Assembly: GCF_003044035.1 (NCBI RefSeq)
Contig: NZ_NVQC01000008.1
Span: 1-32,000 of the forward strand
DNA from: Candidatus Methylomirabilis limnetica
GTDB lineage: Bacteria; Methylomirabilota; Methylomirabilia; Methylomirabilales; Methylomirabilaceae
Reading direction: 5' to 3'
Length of the DNA stretch: 32,000 bases
Both the position numbers and the translations under genes were made by a program. The notes below the pieces were generated by a model. That model worked only from the letters and a program-made list of their open reading frames with translations, did no database searches and was not told the DNA's origin. Below, piece after piece: positions 7,580 through 15,193 of this stretch; the stretch's first letter is position 1; each line of letters starts with the position of its first letter.

Positions 7580-9160
7580 ATGAAGCTTAACCCGGCTCCT
7601 ATCACGGTCTTCCAGGAAAAGACCGTCCCTAACGGCACCAGACTGGCCGGCTGGGCGGCGCTCGTCCGTGCGCTTGCTATTCCGGGGCCGGTCCGGCGGC
7701 CGAGTTGCGTATCGGAGCAGCACGTTCGTGGCAGCCATCGGGAAGAGGGAGTCTGGGCCATTTTTGATAAACGCTACTGGCCGGGCGATACCTTTGCCGA
7801 TCACCTGAGTTTTGCGCTCCGCCATGAAGACATTGATCTCCTGATCCTCAAGCGGATCTTCGAGGTGGTGCCGCAGGCGGAGATCGAGGCCATTGTCCGT
7901 ACCACGCCGACCGGCATTCCGGCGCGTCGCGCGTGGTATCTCTACGAAACCCTGACCGGCCGAACTCTTAACGTGGAAGATGCGCCGAGCGCCACGGCCA
8001 TCGATCTTCTTGACCCCAAGGCGTACTTCACGGGCAAGCCGCGTCTCTCGAAGCGGCACCGCGTGCGCGACAATCTCCTGGGTACCGGTCGATTCTGCCC
8101 CATCATCCGGCGTACCAAAGCGCTCACGGAATTCCTGACACTCGACCTTGCCGCCAGGGCAAGGGAAATCGTGGGGCGTACCGGCGCCCACCTGGTTGCG
8201 CGTGCCGCCAGTTTCATGCTGCTCGCCGACAGCCGGGCCAGCTTCGAGATTGAGGGCGAGCGCCCGCCGCGCAACCGGCTGGAGCGATGGGGGAGGGCGG
8301 TCCTGCAAGCCGGAAAGAACTGCCTCACGCTCGATGAAATCATCCGTCTTCAGCGCGTCATTATCGAGGACACGCGATTCGTACGCGCCGGTCTGCGTCC
8401 CGACGGCGTCTTTTTAGGCGGACGGGACCACGACGGCGACCCGCTCCCGGAATTCATCGGCGCAAGGCCTGATGATCTGGACAATCTCATGGGCAGCTTG
8501 CTGGAGGCGAACGACCGCATGCGCGATGACGGCATTGACCCGGTGCTGAAGGCGACGGCCACCGCATTCGGCTTCGTCTATGTCCATCCGTTCCAGGACT
8601 GCAACGGGCGTCTGCATCGCTGCCTGATCCATCACGTCCTCTCCGAGCGGAGATTTACGCCGCCGGGGATGGTATTCCCGGTTTCCTCCGTGATGCTGGA
8701 CCGCATCGATGATTACCGCGCAACGCTGCAGGCCCATTCCGGACCGTTGATGCCTTTCATCGAGTGGCGGTCCACACCCGAGCGCAACGTCGAGGTCCTC
8801 AATCAGACCGCCGACCTCTACCGTTATTTCGATTGCACGGAAGAGGCGGAGTTTCTGTATGCATGCGTTGCACGCACCGTCGAGCACGATCTGCCGCGCG
8901 AGATCGACTATCTGCGCCGTCACGACGAAGCGACCCGCCGGATCATGGACGCGGTCGAAATGCCGGACCGAGTTGCTGAAAACCTAGCACTGTTCATCAG
9001 ACAGAACAATGGTACTCTGTCCAGGAAGCGCCGCGAGGGCGACTTCAAGAAGCTGCGCGAAGAGGAAGTGGCTTTCATCGAAGGCATCGTCCACGAGACC
9101 TTCGAGGGCTTCGATCAGGGTTCCGGCCGTCATGGCATCGGAGCTGACACGAAGTCGTAG
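7580..9160 (+). CDS. Fic-domain protein (probable AMPylase-type) with an intramolecular inhibitory motif
   Basis: The Fic core is HPFQDCNGRLHR, against the canonical HxFx(D/E)GNGRxxR. An upstream SFEIEG matches the (S/T)xxxE(G/N) alpha-inh motif. The single long ORF of 526 aa has no competing frame. Confidence 0.88.
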   Translation: MKLNPAPITVFQEKTVPNGTRLAGWAALVRALAIPGPVRRPSCVSEQHVRGSHREEGVWAIFDKRYWPGDTFADHLSFALRHEDIDLLILKRIFEVVPQAEIEAIVRTTPTGIPARRAWYLYETLTGRTLNVEDAPSATAIDLLDPKAYFTGKPRLSKRHRVRDNLLGTGRFCPIIRRTKALTEFLTLDLAARAREIVGRTGAHLVARAASFMLLADSRASFEIEGERPPRNRLERWGRAVLQAGKNCLTLDEIIRLQRVIIEDTRFVRAGLRPDGVFLGGRDHDGDPLPEFIGARPDDLDNLMGSLLEANDRMRDDGIDPVLKATATAFGFVYVHPFQDCNGRLHRCLIHHVLSERRFTPPGMVFPVSSVMLDRIDDYRATLQAHSGPLMPFIEWRSTPERNVEVLNQTADLYRYFDCTEEAEFLYACVARTVEHDLPREIDYLRRHDEATRRIMDAVEMPDRVAENLALFIRQNNGTLSRKRREGDFKKLREEEVAFIEGIVHETFEGFDQGSGRHGIGADTKS

Positions 9161-9171
9161 GGACCAACCTC

Positions 9172-9411
9172 ATGGACGTATTGACTCTTAACGAGGACGA
9201 GGAAAAAGAGCGCTGCCGGTCGCACAGGCTCTACTGGAAAGAGGCGGTTCGGTGCGAAGAGGCCAAGGCTTATCTCGCCGGCTGTGTGATGCTGGGGTCT
9301 GCACTGGAGACGCTGTTGGTCTTGATGGTGAACGTCTTTCCAGAAGAAGCGGCAGCCACCGGTCGGCTCCCCAAGAAGGACGGCACAGATCAACGCAGAA
9401 AAGCGGTTTGA
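9172..9411 (+). CDS. Hypothetical small protein, possibly a 3'-truncated remnant
   Basis: This 79-aa ORF starts 12 bp after the Fic stop, and its own stop abuts the next ATG (9413). I recognise no motif. The hydrophobic core is AYLAGCVMLGSALETLLVLMVNVF. Confidence 0.3.
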   Translation: MDVLTLNEDEEKERCRSHRLYWKEAVRCEEAKAYLAGCVMLGSALETLLVLMVNVFPEEAAATGRLPKKDGTDQRRKAV

Positions 9412-9412
9412 G

Positions 9413-9832
9413 ATGCTGAGGGACTTCAAGGAAGCCGCCGTCCTGGACTGGGAGACGGGCCTCGTCTGGGAGCAGTCGCCGGAGAACTCCAAGAGCAACC
9501 CCACCTTTGTCCAAAACTGGCACAACGCGCAAGCGAGTTGCAACTTTAGGACGGTGGGTGGGCGGAAGGGGTGGCGGCTGCCCACGATCCAGGAACTGGC
9601 GAGCCTCGTGGACCCGACACAATCCAGTCCTGCGCTTCCCAGAGGCCACCCATTCAGCAATGTGCATTCGTCCCCTTACTGGTCGGCGACTACCAACACT
9701 ATCGATTCCAGCTTCGCGTGGGACTTGGACCTCGACTCTGGCAACGTGTTCAACCTCGGTAAGACGGCCGTGATCCACGTCTGGTGTGTGCGCGGGGGCC
9801 AGGGGTCGATCCTCAGTGATTCGGTGATTTGA
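9413..9832 (+). CDS. DUF1566 (Lcl C-terminal / C-type-lectin-fold) domain protein lacking a signal peptide; candidate DGR variable protein, probably 5'-truncated
   Basis: The motifs are DWETGLVWEQ ... NWHNAQASC ... GGRKGWRLPTIQELASLVD ... YWSATT ... HVWCVRGG, which are the hallmarks of DUF1566. The ORF begins directly at the domain with no leader. Confidence 0.65.
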   Translation: MLRDFKEAAVLDWETGLVWEQSPENSKSNPTFVQNWHNAQASCNFRTVGGRKGWRLPTIQELASLVDPTQSSPALPRGHPFSNVHSSPYWSATTNTIDSSFAWDLDLDSGNVFNLGKTAVIHVWCVRGGQGSILSDSVI

Positions 9833-9975
9833 GGCATTTGATGATTTCGGCTGTGGTCCACCCCTCATCCCTTCCATTGCTCGACGGAGTTCGTCGAAGT
9901 CTCCCCTCTGAGGGGAGAGGGTGTCGCCCTGAGGGCTCAGCCCGAAGGGTGAAGTTGAGGGGCGAACGATTACAG

Positions 9976-10038
9976 ATGCCCCGGTACGAGCATCTCCCGA
10001 TCTACAAGAAGGCGATGGACCTGACGCCAATCCTCTAG
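9976..10038 (+). pseudogene. 20-codon stub resembling the N-terminus of a DGR accessory variability determinant (Avd, four-helix-bundle / 23S_rRNA_IVP family)
   Basis: The stub reads MPRYEHLPIYKKAMDLTPIL then stop. The xLPIyxKaxDL start is what I recall for Avd proteins, and its position just downstream of a DUF1566 gene fits target-avd-TR-RT order. It is cut off about 65 bp before repeat R1 copy B. Confidence 0.35.
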
Positions 10039-10103
10039 GCTCACGCCACCTGAGCCCCGTAGGTATGAGAGACCTCATTTCGAGTTGGGCTCCCAGCTCT
10101 GAA

Positions 10104-10365
10104 GTGCAGATTACACCCCCGTAATGTGGGCTCCCAGGAGGGCGGAGAAGTAATGGTGATCTAGGTGCGCAAGCGCGGCATTTCCGAAGGACGTTTGCGA
10201 CAATACAGTTCGAAGAGTGTGTTTGCGGTTCGCTACCATTTGCCCAACTCGTCTTGGAGTTTCCTGAACCTCCAGGACATTATGCTCACGCTAACCTGCA
10301 CGACTATCGAAACGCCTGGCCGAGTTCAATCGGAATGGGTGGCGGATTCGATCATAATACGCAGA
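10104..10365 (+). repeat. Dispersed repeat R1, copy B (diverged, about 90% identical, with a 24-bp internal deletion relative to A and C)
   Basis: It aligns by eye with 671-940 and 12722-13010. It lacks gacaggtggccgttttgcgatcgg. Its 3' tail (gatcataatacgca) is shared with copy C but not with copy A. Confidence 0.85.
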
Positions 10366-10569
10366 ATACACCTGGGATGAATACATACAGTCATAACACA
10401 TTGTGAAACAAAGGCATGCAGGGGAGGTCTGTCTGAATTGTGCTCAACAATGCCCTCTTGCCGGGTGACGCGACCAAAAGATGAGCTGATTTCTCAAAAG
10501 AGCGGCCGTCGACCGATCTTCTCTCCCCAACCCCATCGCCAGCCCCTGTTTTGCGCTGCACAATATTCA

Positions 10570-10598
10570 TTGACAATCAAAAACAGCCTTCCTACACT
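10570..10598 (+). promoter_or_regulatory. Sigma70-like promoter candidate for the haloperoxidase-like gene
   Basis: TTGACA (10570-10575), a 17-nt spacer and TACACT (10593-10598) lie about 105 bp upstream of the ATG at 10703. The module is duplicated at 568-595. Confidence 0.4.
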
Positions 10599-10702
10599 TC
10601 TGACTACCGAAAGCAATGCCTTATCCAAAAAAATCAAACTCACCCGGATAACAAAGATCTGTGGTGGAAACGCTGAAACGCTCTTCTAGGGGAGACTTCA
10701 CA

Positions 10703-12493
10703 ATGAACGACTCTAAGCATCAAGCGGGCGGAGGCTCCAACAAAGAATTACCCGGTTCTGAAACCGAGACCGGGAAGCTCAGCAGAAGAAACTTTCTAAA
10801 GGGCGCCGCAACGGTAGCGACCGTAGTCGCGGCAGTTCCCCTTCAACCTTTGCTCGGCGAAAGAGGGCCAGTCGCCGAGGCGTCGGTTGTAGACTATGAG
10901 TCTTCGCAACGCGCGAATGACAGCTTCAATTACCGCAAAAGCACGGCCCAGGCCGAGAAGATCAACGTTCCGGTTCAACCAGACAATGGCGATGCGTCGA
11001 GATTCACAGACTTCAGCGGCAGCTATAGCAAAGCCCTGTTACACGACGGCCTCGGCGTACCGATTGCTGTTGCCTTCCGAAGCCTGACCCATGCCCTACA
11101 GACTGGAGAGTTCGAAGACTTCGAAAACATCATTGTTGGGAACCCCGGCGGGGGACCCAACTCGAAGGAGAATGGCCCACAGGTTGCGCTTGCATTTGAC
11201 CTGGAAGGCCTCGACTCACATTGTACGGTCATCCCGCCGGCGCCGAGTGTTGCCAGCGCGCAGACGGCGGCCGAGCAGGTCGAGCACTACTGGGCGGCTC
11301 TGCTGAATGACGTGCCGTTCACCCAATACTCCACAAATTCGCTGGTCGCTCAAGCTGTGAACGACATGAACAATCTGTCATTCGTCAGCAGTGCCGCGAA
11401 TAATCAGTTCCCGTTCCCCGTCACACCACAGAATCTGTTCCGCGGGCAGTTCGTTCCTGGCGACGGTAATGTCCTGGGCCCGTACGTCTCGCAGTTCATG
11501 CTCCAGCCGACCTTCTTCGGCGCTCAGCCCCTCAGTCAGCAGTACCAAACGTTCCTTCCGGTGGGGGGCGGTGGGAGCGAGTTCATGACCACGGTTGGCG
11601 AGTACCAACTGGTCCAAAACGGCGGAGACTCGGGACGCCAACTGGCCTTTGACAGTAGATTCCGGTACCTCCGGAATGGCCGAGACCTCGCCGCATATAC
11701 CCATGTGGACGTGCTCTACCAAGCATACTTCGTCGCCTTCCTCGTAATGGCTGGGCTAAACACACCACCGAACCCTGGTAACCCCTATATCGGCTCAACG
11801 ACGGAAAAGGCCTTCGCCACCTTGGGAGGGCCAGACGCTGCGGGGACGCTCGCTGAAATGGCCACGCGAGCACTCAAAGCTGCCTGGTTCCACAAGTGGA
11901 TCAAGGATCTGCGGCTGCGGCCGGAGGAGTATGGGGCGCTGGTGCATGCGAGACTTACTAACTCTAGCCCATCTCCCCAAGCGGCGGCGGCGCTGCACGG
12001 GGACGTCCTGAACTCAGCGGCGCTTCCCATCATTCAATCGACCTACGGCAGCTACTTGCTACCACAGGCATTTCCAGAGGGTTCGCCGACCCATCCCTGT
12101 TACCCGACGGGCCACGGAACGGTCGGCGGTGCGTGCGTCACGGTGCTCAAATTCTTCTTTGACTGCAATCAGAAGCTCCGTCCGTTGCTCGCCAACGCCG
12201 GCCGGGACTTGGTCGTGCCACGTACAAATGGTCTCTTGCTCAATACTTACGCTGGTGCGGACGGAAACAATTTGGATATCAACGGAGAACTGAACAAGCT
12301 GGCGTACAACATCTCGTTTGGTCACGGGATCCACGCCGGCATCCACTTCCGCAGTTCGACCTACTGGTCGATGCTGCTGGGCGAGCAGGTTGCACTCAGT
12401 ATCCTGCAGGATCGGGCCAGGTCCTATAACGAGCCATTCACTGTCAACATAACGAAATTCGACGGAACGACGGCAACCATCACCAACCAATAA
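10703..12493 (+). CDS. Tat-exported vanadium-dependent haloperoxidase / PAP2 (acid phosphatase) superfamily protein
   Basis: The twin-arginine signal is SRRNFLKGAATVATVVAAVPL. PAP2-like motifs are KDLRLRPEE, CYPTGHG and GHGIHAGIHFRSS. I prefer the ATG at 10703, which has GGGGAGA 8 nt upstream, over the GTG at 10661. Confidence 0.7.
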   Translation: MNDSKHQAGGGSNKELPGSETETGKLSRRNFLKGAATVATVVAAVPLQPLLGERGPVAEASVVDYESSQRANDSFNYRKSTAQAEKINVPVQPDNGDASRFTDFSGSYSKALLHDGLGVPIAVAFRSLTHALQTGEFEDFENIIVGNPGGGPNSKENGPQVALAFDLEGLDSHCTVIPPAPSVASAQTAAEQVEHYWAALLNDVPFTQYSTNSLVAQAVNDMNNLSFVSSAANNQFPFPVTPQNLFRGQFVPGDGNVLGPYVSQFMLQPTFFGAQPLSQQYQTFLPVGGGGSEFMTTVGEYQLVQNGGDSGRQLAFDSRFRYLRNGRDLAAYTHVDVLYQAYFVAFLVMAGLNTPPNPGNPYIGSTTEKAFATLGGPDAAGTLAEMATRALKAAWFHKWIKDLRLRPEEYGALVHARLTNSSPSPQAAAALHGDVLNSAALPIIQSTYGSYLLPQAFPEGSPTHPCYPTGHGTVGGACVTVLKFFFDCNQKLRPLLANAGRDLVVPRTNGLLLNTYAGADGNNLDINGELNKLAYNISFGHGIHAGIHFRSSTYWSMLLGEQVALSILQDRARSYNEPFTVNITKFDGTTATITNQ

Positions 12494-12502
12494 CGACAGC
12501 GC

Positions 12503-12534
12503 GGAGGGCGGCCCGGGCAAACGGGACGCCCTCC
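12503..12534 (+). terminator. GC-rich hairpin 10 bp after the haloperoxidase-like stop (no U-tract)
   Basis: The hairpin is ggagggcg-g-cccg [ggcaaa] cggg-a-cgccctcc, a 12-bp stem with one mismatch. It is followed by attcagttg, so it is not a canonical intrinsic terminator. Confidence 0.4.
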
Positions 12535-12721
12535 ATTCAGTTGAGACCAGTAATACTTCGGATAAATTCGTGTGGGATTCGTAGATCGTTCCTGTCTTGC
12601 TGCCTCCCCTTTACTGTTTAGATTGATCGAATTCGGCAATGACTGGCGCGTGATCTAAAGGACGTTCCCAAGTGCTAGGTTGGTGGTGCTCTCGCAGGAA
12701 CCGCGCCTGCCACCGAGTGGA

Positions 12722-12991
12722 GTGTAGATTACACCCCCGTAATGTGGACTCCCAAGAAGGCGGATGAGTAGTGGTGATCTAGGTGCGCAAGCGCGGCATT
12801 TCCGAAGGACGTTTGCGACAATACGGCCCGAAGAGTGTGTTTGCGGTTCGCTACCCTTTGCCAACTCGTCTTGGAGTTTCCTGAACCTTCAGGACATTCT
12901 GCCCACGCTAACCTGCACGAGTCTCGGAACTCGTGGCAGTTTTCAATCGGGACAGGTGGCCGTTTTGCGATCGGAATGGGTGGCAACTTTG
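12722..12991 (+). repeat. Dispersed repeat R1, copy C (identical to copy A)
   Basis: It is identical to 671-940 by manual comparison. It lies 223 bp upstream of mpa in the same orientation. Confidence 0.9.
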
Positions 12992-13097
12992 ATCGGAATA
13001 CGCACCCACCAGAAGGGGAGTGATATTGTAAGCATCCAGAAGCCTAAGATAGGCTATGGAAGCGGATTATTCCGGTGTGCTTTTCAGGAAAAAAGAC

Positions 13098-13128
13098 TTG
13101 ACAGCCTTATAATCGTTAGTAGTATAAA
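13098..13128 (+). promoter_or_regulatory. Sigma70-like promoter candidate for mpa
   Basis: TTGACA (13098-13103) is followed 16-19 nt later by overlapping TAGTAT/TATAAA boxes (13120-13128) in an AT-rich patch. It lies about 90 bp upstream of the mpa ATG, which has an AAGGAGG RBS. Confidence 0.4.
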
Positions 13129-13213
13129 AGTAAGATTATGAGGCGCGTTTCCCTTGGATGACGTAGCGCGACGATGAGCAGAGGGACCAAGGGCGCAAGG
13201 AGGTCAGGCGACA

Positions 13214-15037
13214 ATGAATGACCCTGAAAAGGGCCCGGCAAGGTTAAGCTCTCTTAGAAAGACTATGCGGAAGCTTTCCGAGCAGCTTCCAGGGAGCGAT
13301 ACGACGTTCCACCGTAAGCTTTCTCAATACGAGGATGAGATCGAGGTCCTCCAGGCGCAAGTGAAGACGCTCGAAGAGGAGGTTTATCACCTCCGGCGAC
13401 GACTGGACCAAGCCCCGAAAGAGTTTGAATTTCTTCGGTCCAAACTCGACCAATCCCGCGAACAGTTGGGTCAGGCGCATCATCAGAACCAGCGGATGGT
13501 TCAGACCTTGCAGCAAGCGAAAGAGCAGATAGAGGGGCTTCGTGAGGAGGTAGAGAAGCTCTCTGCCCCGCCGAACCCGTACGGGATCTTCGCGGCAATG
13601 AACCCTGACGGGACGGCAAACATCTATACGGGTGGCCGCAAGATGAAGGTCAACCTCCATCCGGCGGTGCAATCCGAAACGCTTCGTAAGGGCCAGGAGC
13701 TGATTCTGAATGAGGCGTTCAATGTGATTGCGGCTGCAGGCTTCGATGAACAGGGTGAGGTCGTGACCCTGAAAGGCCTGCTCGATGAAGGCCGGGCTAT
13801 TGTCACCCTGCGAGCCGATGAGATGCGAGTGGTAGAGCTGGCCGATCCATTACTACAACTCTCTCTCAAGGTGGGTGATCATCTGCTTCTCGACCCGCGG
13901 TCCGGGCACATTCTGGAGAAGTTACCCAAGAGCGATGCCCAGGAGTTTTTCCTTGAAGAGGTTCCAGGCATCGGCTATGAGGCCATCGGTGGGCTCGGTC
14001 CCCAGATCGAGATGATCAGAGATGCCATCGAGCTGCCTCACCTGTACGTAGACTATTTCCGGGAACACCAGCTCCAGCCTCCGAAGGGGGTATTGCTCTA
14101 TGGGCCTCCAGGTTGTGGTAAGACTTTGATTGCGAAGGCTGTCGCGCACTCCCTGGCCGAACAACTGGCCAAGAAGACCGGGCAGGCGGTGAAGGGCTAC
14201 TTTCTGAACGTCAAGGGTCCTGAGCTGCTGAACAAGTATGTCGGCGAGACGGAGCGGCAGATCCGGGAAATCTTCAGCAGGGCCAAGGAGAAGGCCACCG
14301 AGGGGTCGCCGGTGGTCATCTTCTTCGATGAGATGGACTCGCTCTTCCGGACTCGTGGTTCTGGTATCTCCTCGGATATGGAGTCCACGATCGTCCCGCA
14401 ATTCCTGGCGGAGCTGGATGGCGTAGAGGGGCTCAAGCACGTTATCGTCATCGGGGCCACGAACCGGCAGGACCTCATCGACCCGGCGGTACTGCGTCCG
14501 GGACGCTTTGATGTCAAGATTAAGATCGACCGGCCCGACCAGAGTGTGGCCGATGAGATCTTTTCGAAGTATCTGACACCTGAGCTGCCGTTCGCAGCTA
14601 CGGAGATCAAGGCCCATGGGACACCTGAAAAGGCAGCAGCAGCCATGATTGAGGCGACTATTCAGCTTCTGTACGCCGCAGTCCCGGAGCACCGCTTTCT
14701 GGAGGTCACCTACGCCTCCGGTCAGCAGGAAACGCTCTACTTTAAGGACTTTGTCTCAGGGGCGATGATCGAATCGATCTGTACAAGGGCCAAGAAGCGG
14801 GCGGTCAAAAGGATGATCGCGACGGGCGTCAAGGGCTTGACGGTTGAGGACCTGCTCGATGCAGTCCGGACCGAGTTCAGGGAGAATGAAGATCTTCCAA
14901 ATACCACCAATCCGGACGACTGGGCCAAGATTGCCGGGCGGCGGAGCGAGCGTATTGTCAATGTTCGGACAGTCTTTGACCGTGAAGAGAAGCGGTCCCG
15001 CAAGGTTGAAACAATCCCAACCGGTCACTATCTGTAA
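13214..15037 (+). CDS. mpa: Proteasome-associated AAA ATPase Mpa/ARC
   Basis: There is an N-terminal coiled coil (EIEVLQAQVKTLEEEVYHLRRRL...). Walker A is GPPGCGKT, Walker B is VIFFDEMD, and the second region of homology is GATNRQDLIDPAVLRPGRFD. The C-terminus TGHYL corresponds to the GQYL proteasome-docking motif. Confidence 0.95.
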   Translation: MNDPEKGPARLSSLRKTMRKLSEQLPGSDTTFHRKLSQYEDEIEVLQAQVKTLEEEVYHLRRRLDQAPKEFEFLRSKLDQSREQLGQAHHQNQRMVQTLQQAKEQIEGLREEVEKLSAPPNPYGIFAAMNPDGTANIYTGGRKMKVNLHPAVQSETLRKGQELILNEAFNVIAAAGFDEQGEVVTLKGLLDEGRAIVTLRADEMRVVELADPLLQLSLKVGDHLLLDPRSGHILEKLPKSDAQEFFLEEVPGIGYEAIGGLGPQIEMIRDAIELPHLYVDYFREHQLQPPKGVLLYGPPGCGKTLIAKAVAHSLAEQLAKKTGQAVKGYFLNVKGPELLNKYVGETERQIREIFSRAKEKATEGSPVVIFFDEMDSLFRTRGSGISSDMESTIVPQFLAELDGVEGLKHVIVIGATNRQDLIDPAVLRPGRFDVKIKIDRPDQSVADEIFSKYLTPELPFAATEIKAHGTPEKAAAAMIEATIQLLYAAVPEHRFLEVTYASGQQETLYFKDFVSGAMIESICTRAKKRAVKRMIATGVKGLTVEDLLDAVRTEFRENEDLPNTTNPDDWAKIAGRRSERIVNVRTVFDREEKRSRKVETIPTGHYL

Positions 15038-15044
15038 TGTGTGC

Positions 15045-15172
15045 GTTCAGCGATTAGCTTTCAGCTAAAACCAGAGCTTGCGAGAAACAGCTCACAATTC
15101 CTAAGATGAGGATGTGAGCAGAGATCTTGAGTTGTCTTGTCTTGCTGACCGCTGATTGCTGACGGCTGAACG
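15045..15172. repeat. Heptad-palindrome intergenic element E1 (mpa-dop spacer)
   Basis: The left arm is gTTCAGCga TTAGCtt TCAGCta (15045-15067). The right arm is GCTGAcc GCTGAtt GCTGAcg GCTGAac (15144-15171). The arms are complementary in the 5-mers and mismatched in the 2-nt spacers. Confidence 0.6.
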
Positions 15173-15193
15173 CTTACCCTGCGACGAGGACAC

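Noticed and set aside
7538-8308. 256-aa - strand ORF overlapping the 5' third of the Fic gene
   Set aside because: It has no motifs and a Gly/Arg/Pro-rich composition. The + strand ORF carries the Fic and inhibitory motifs and spans the whole region.
9188-10078. 296-aa - strand ORF spanning the small ORF, the DUF1566 gene and the Avd stub
   Set aside because: It is Arg/Pro/Ser-rich and low-complexity, and antisense to a gene with a clear DUF1566 signature. It is most likely spurious.
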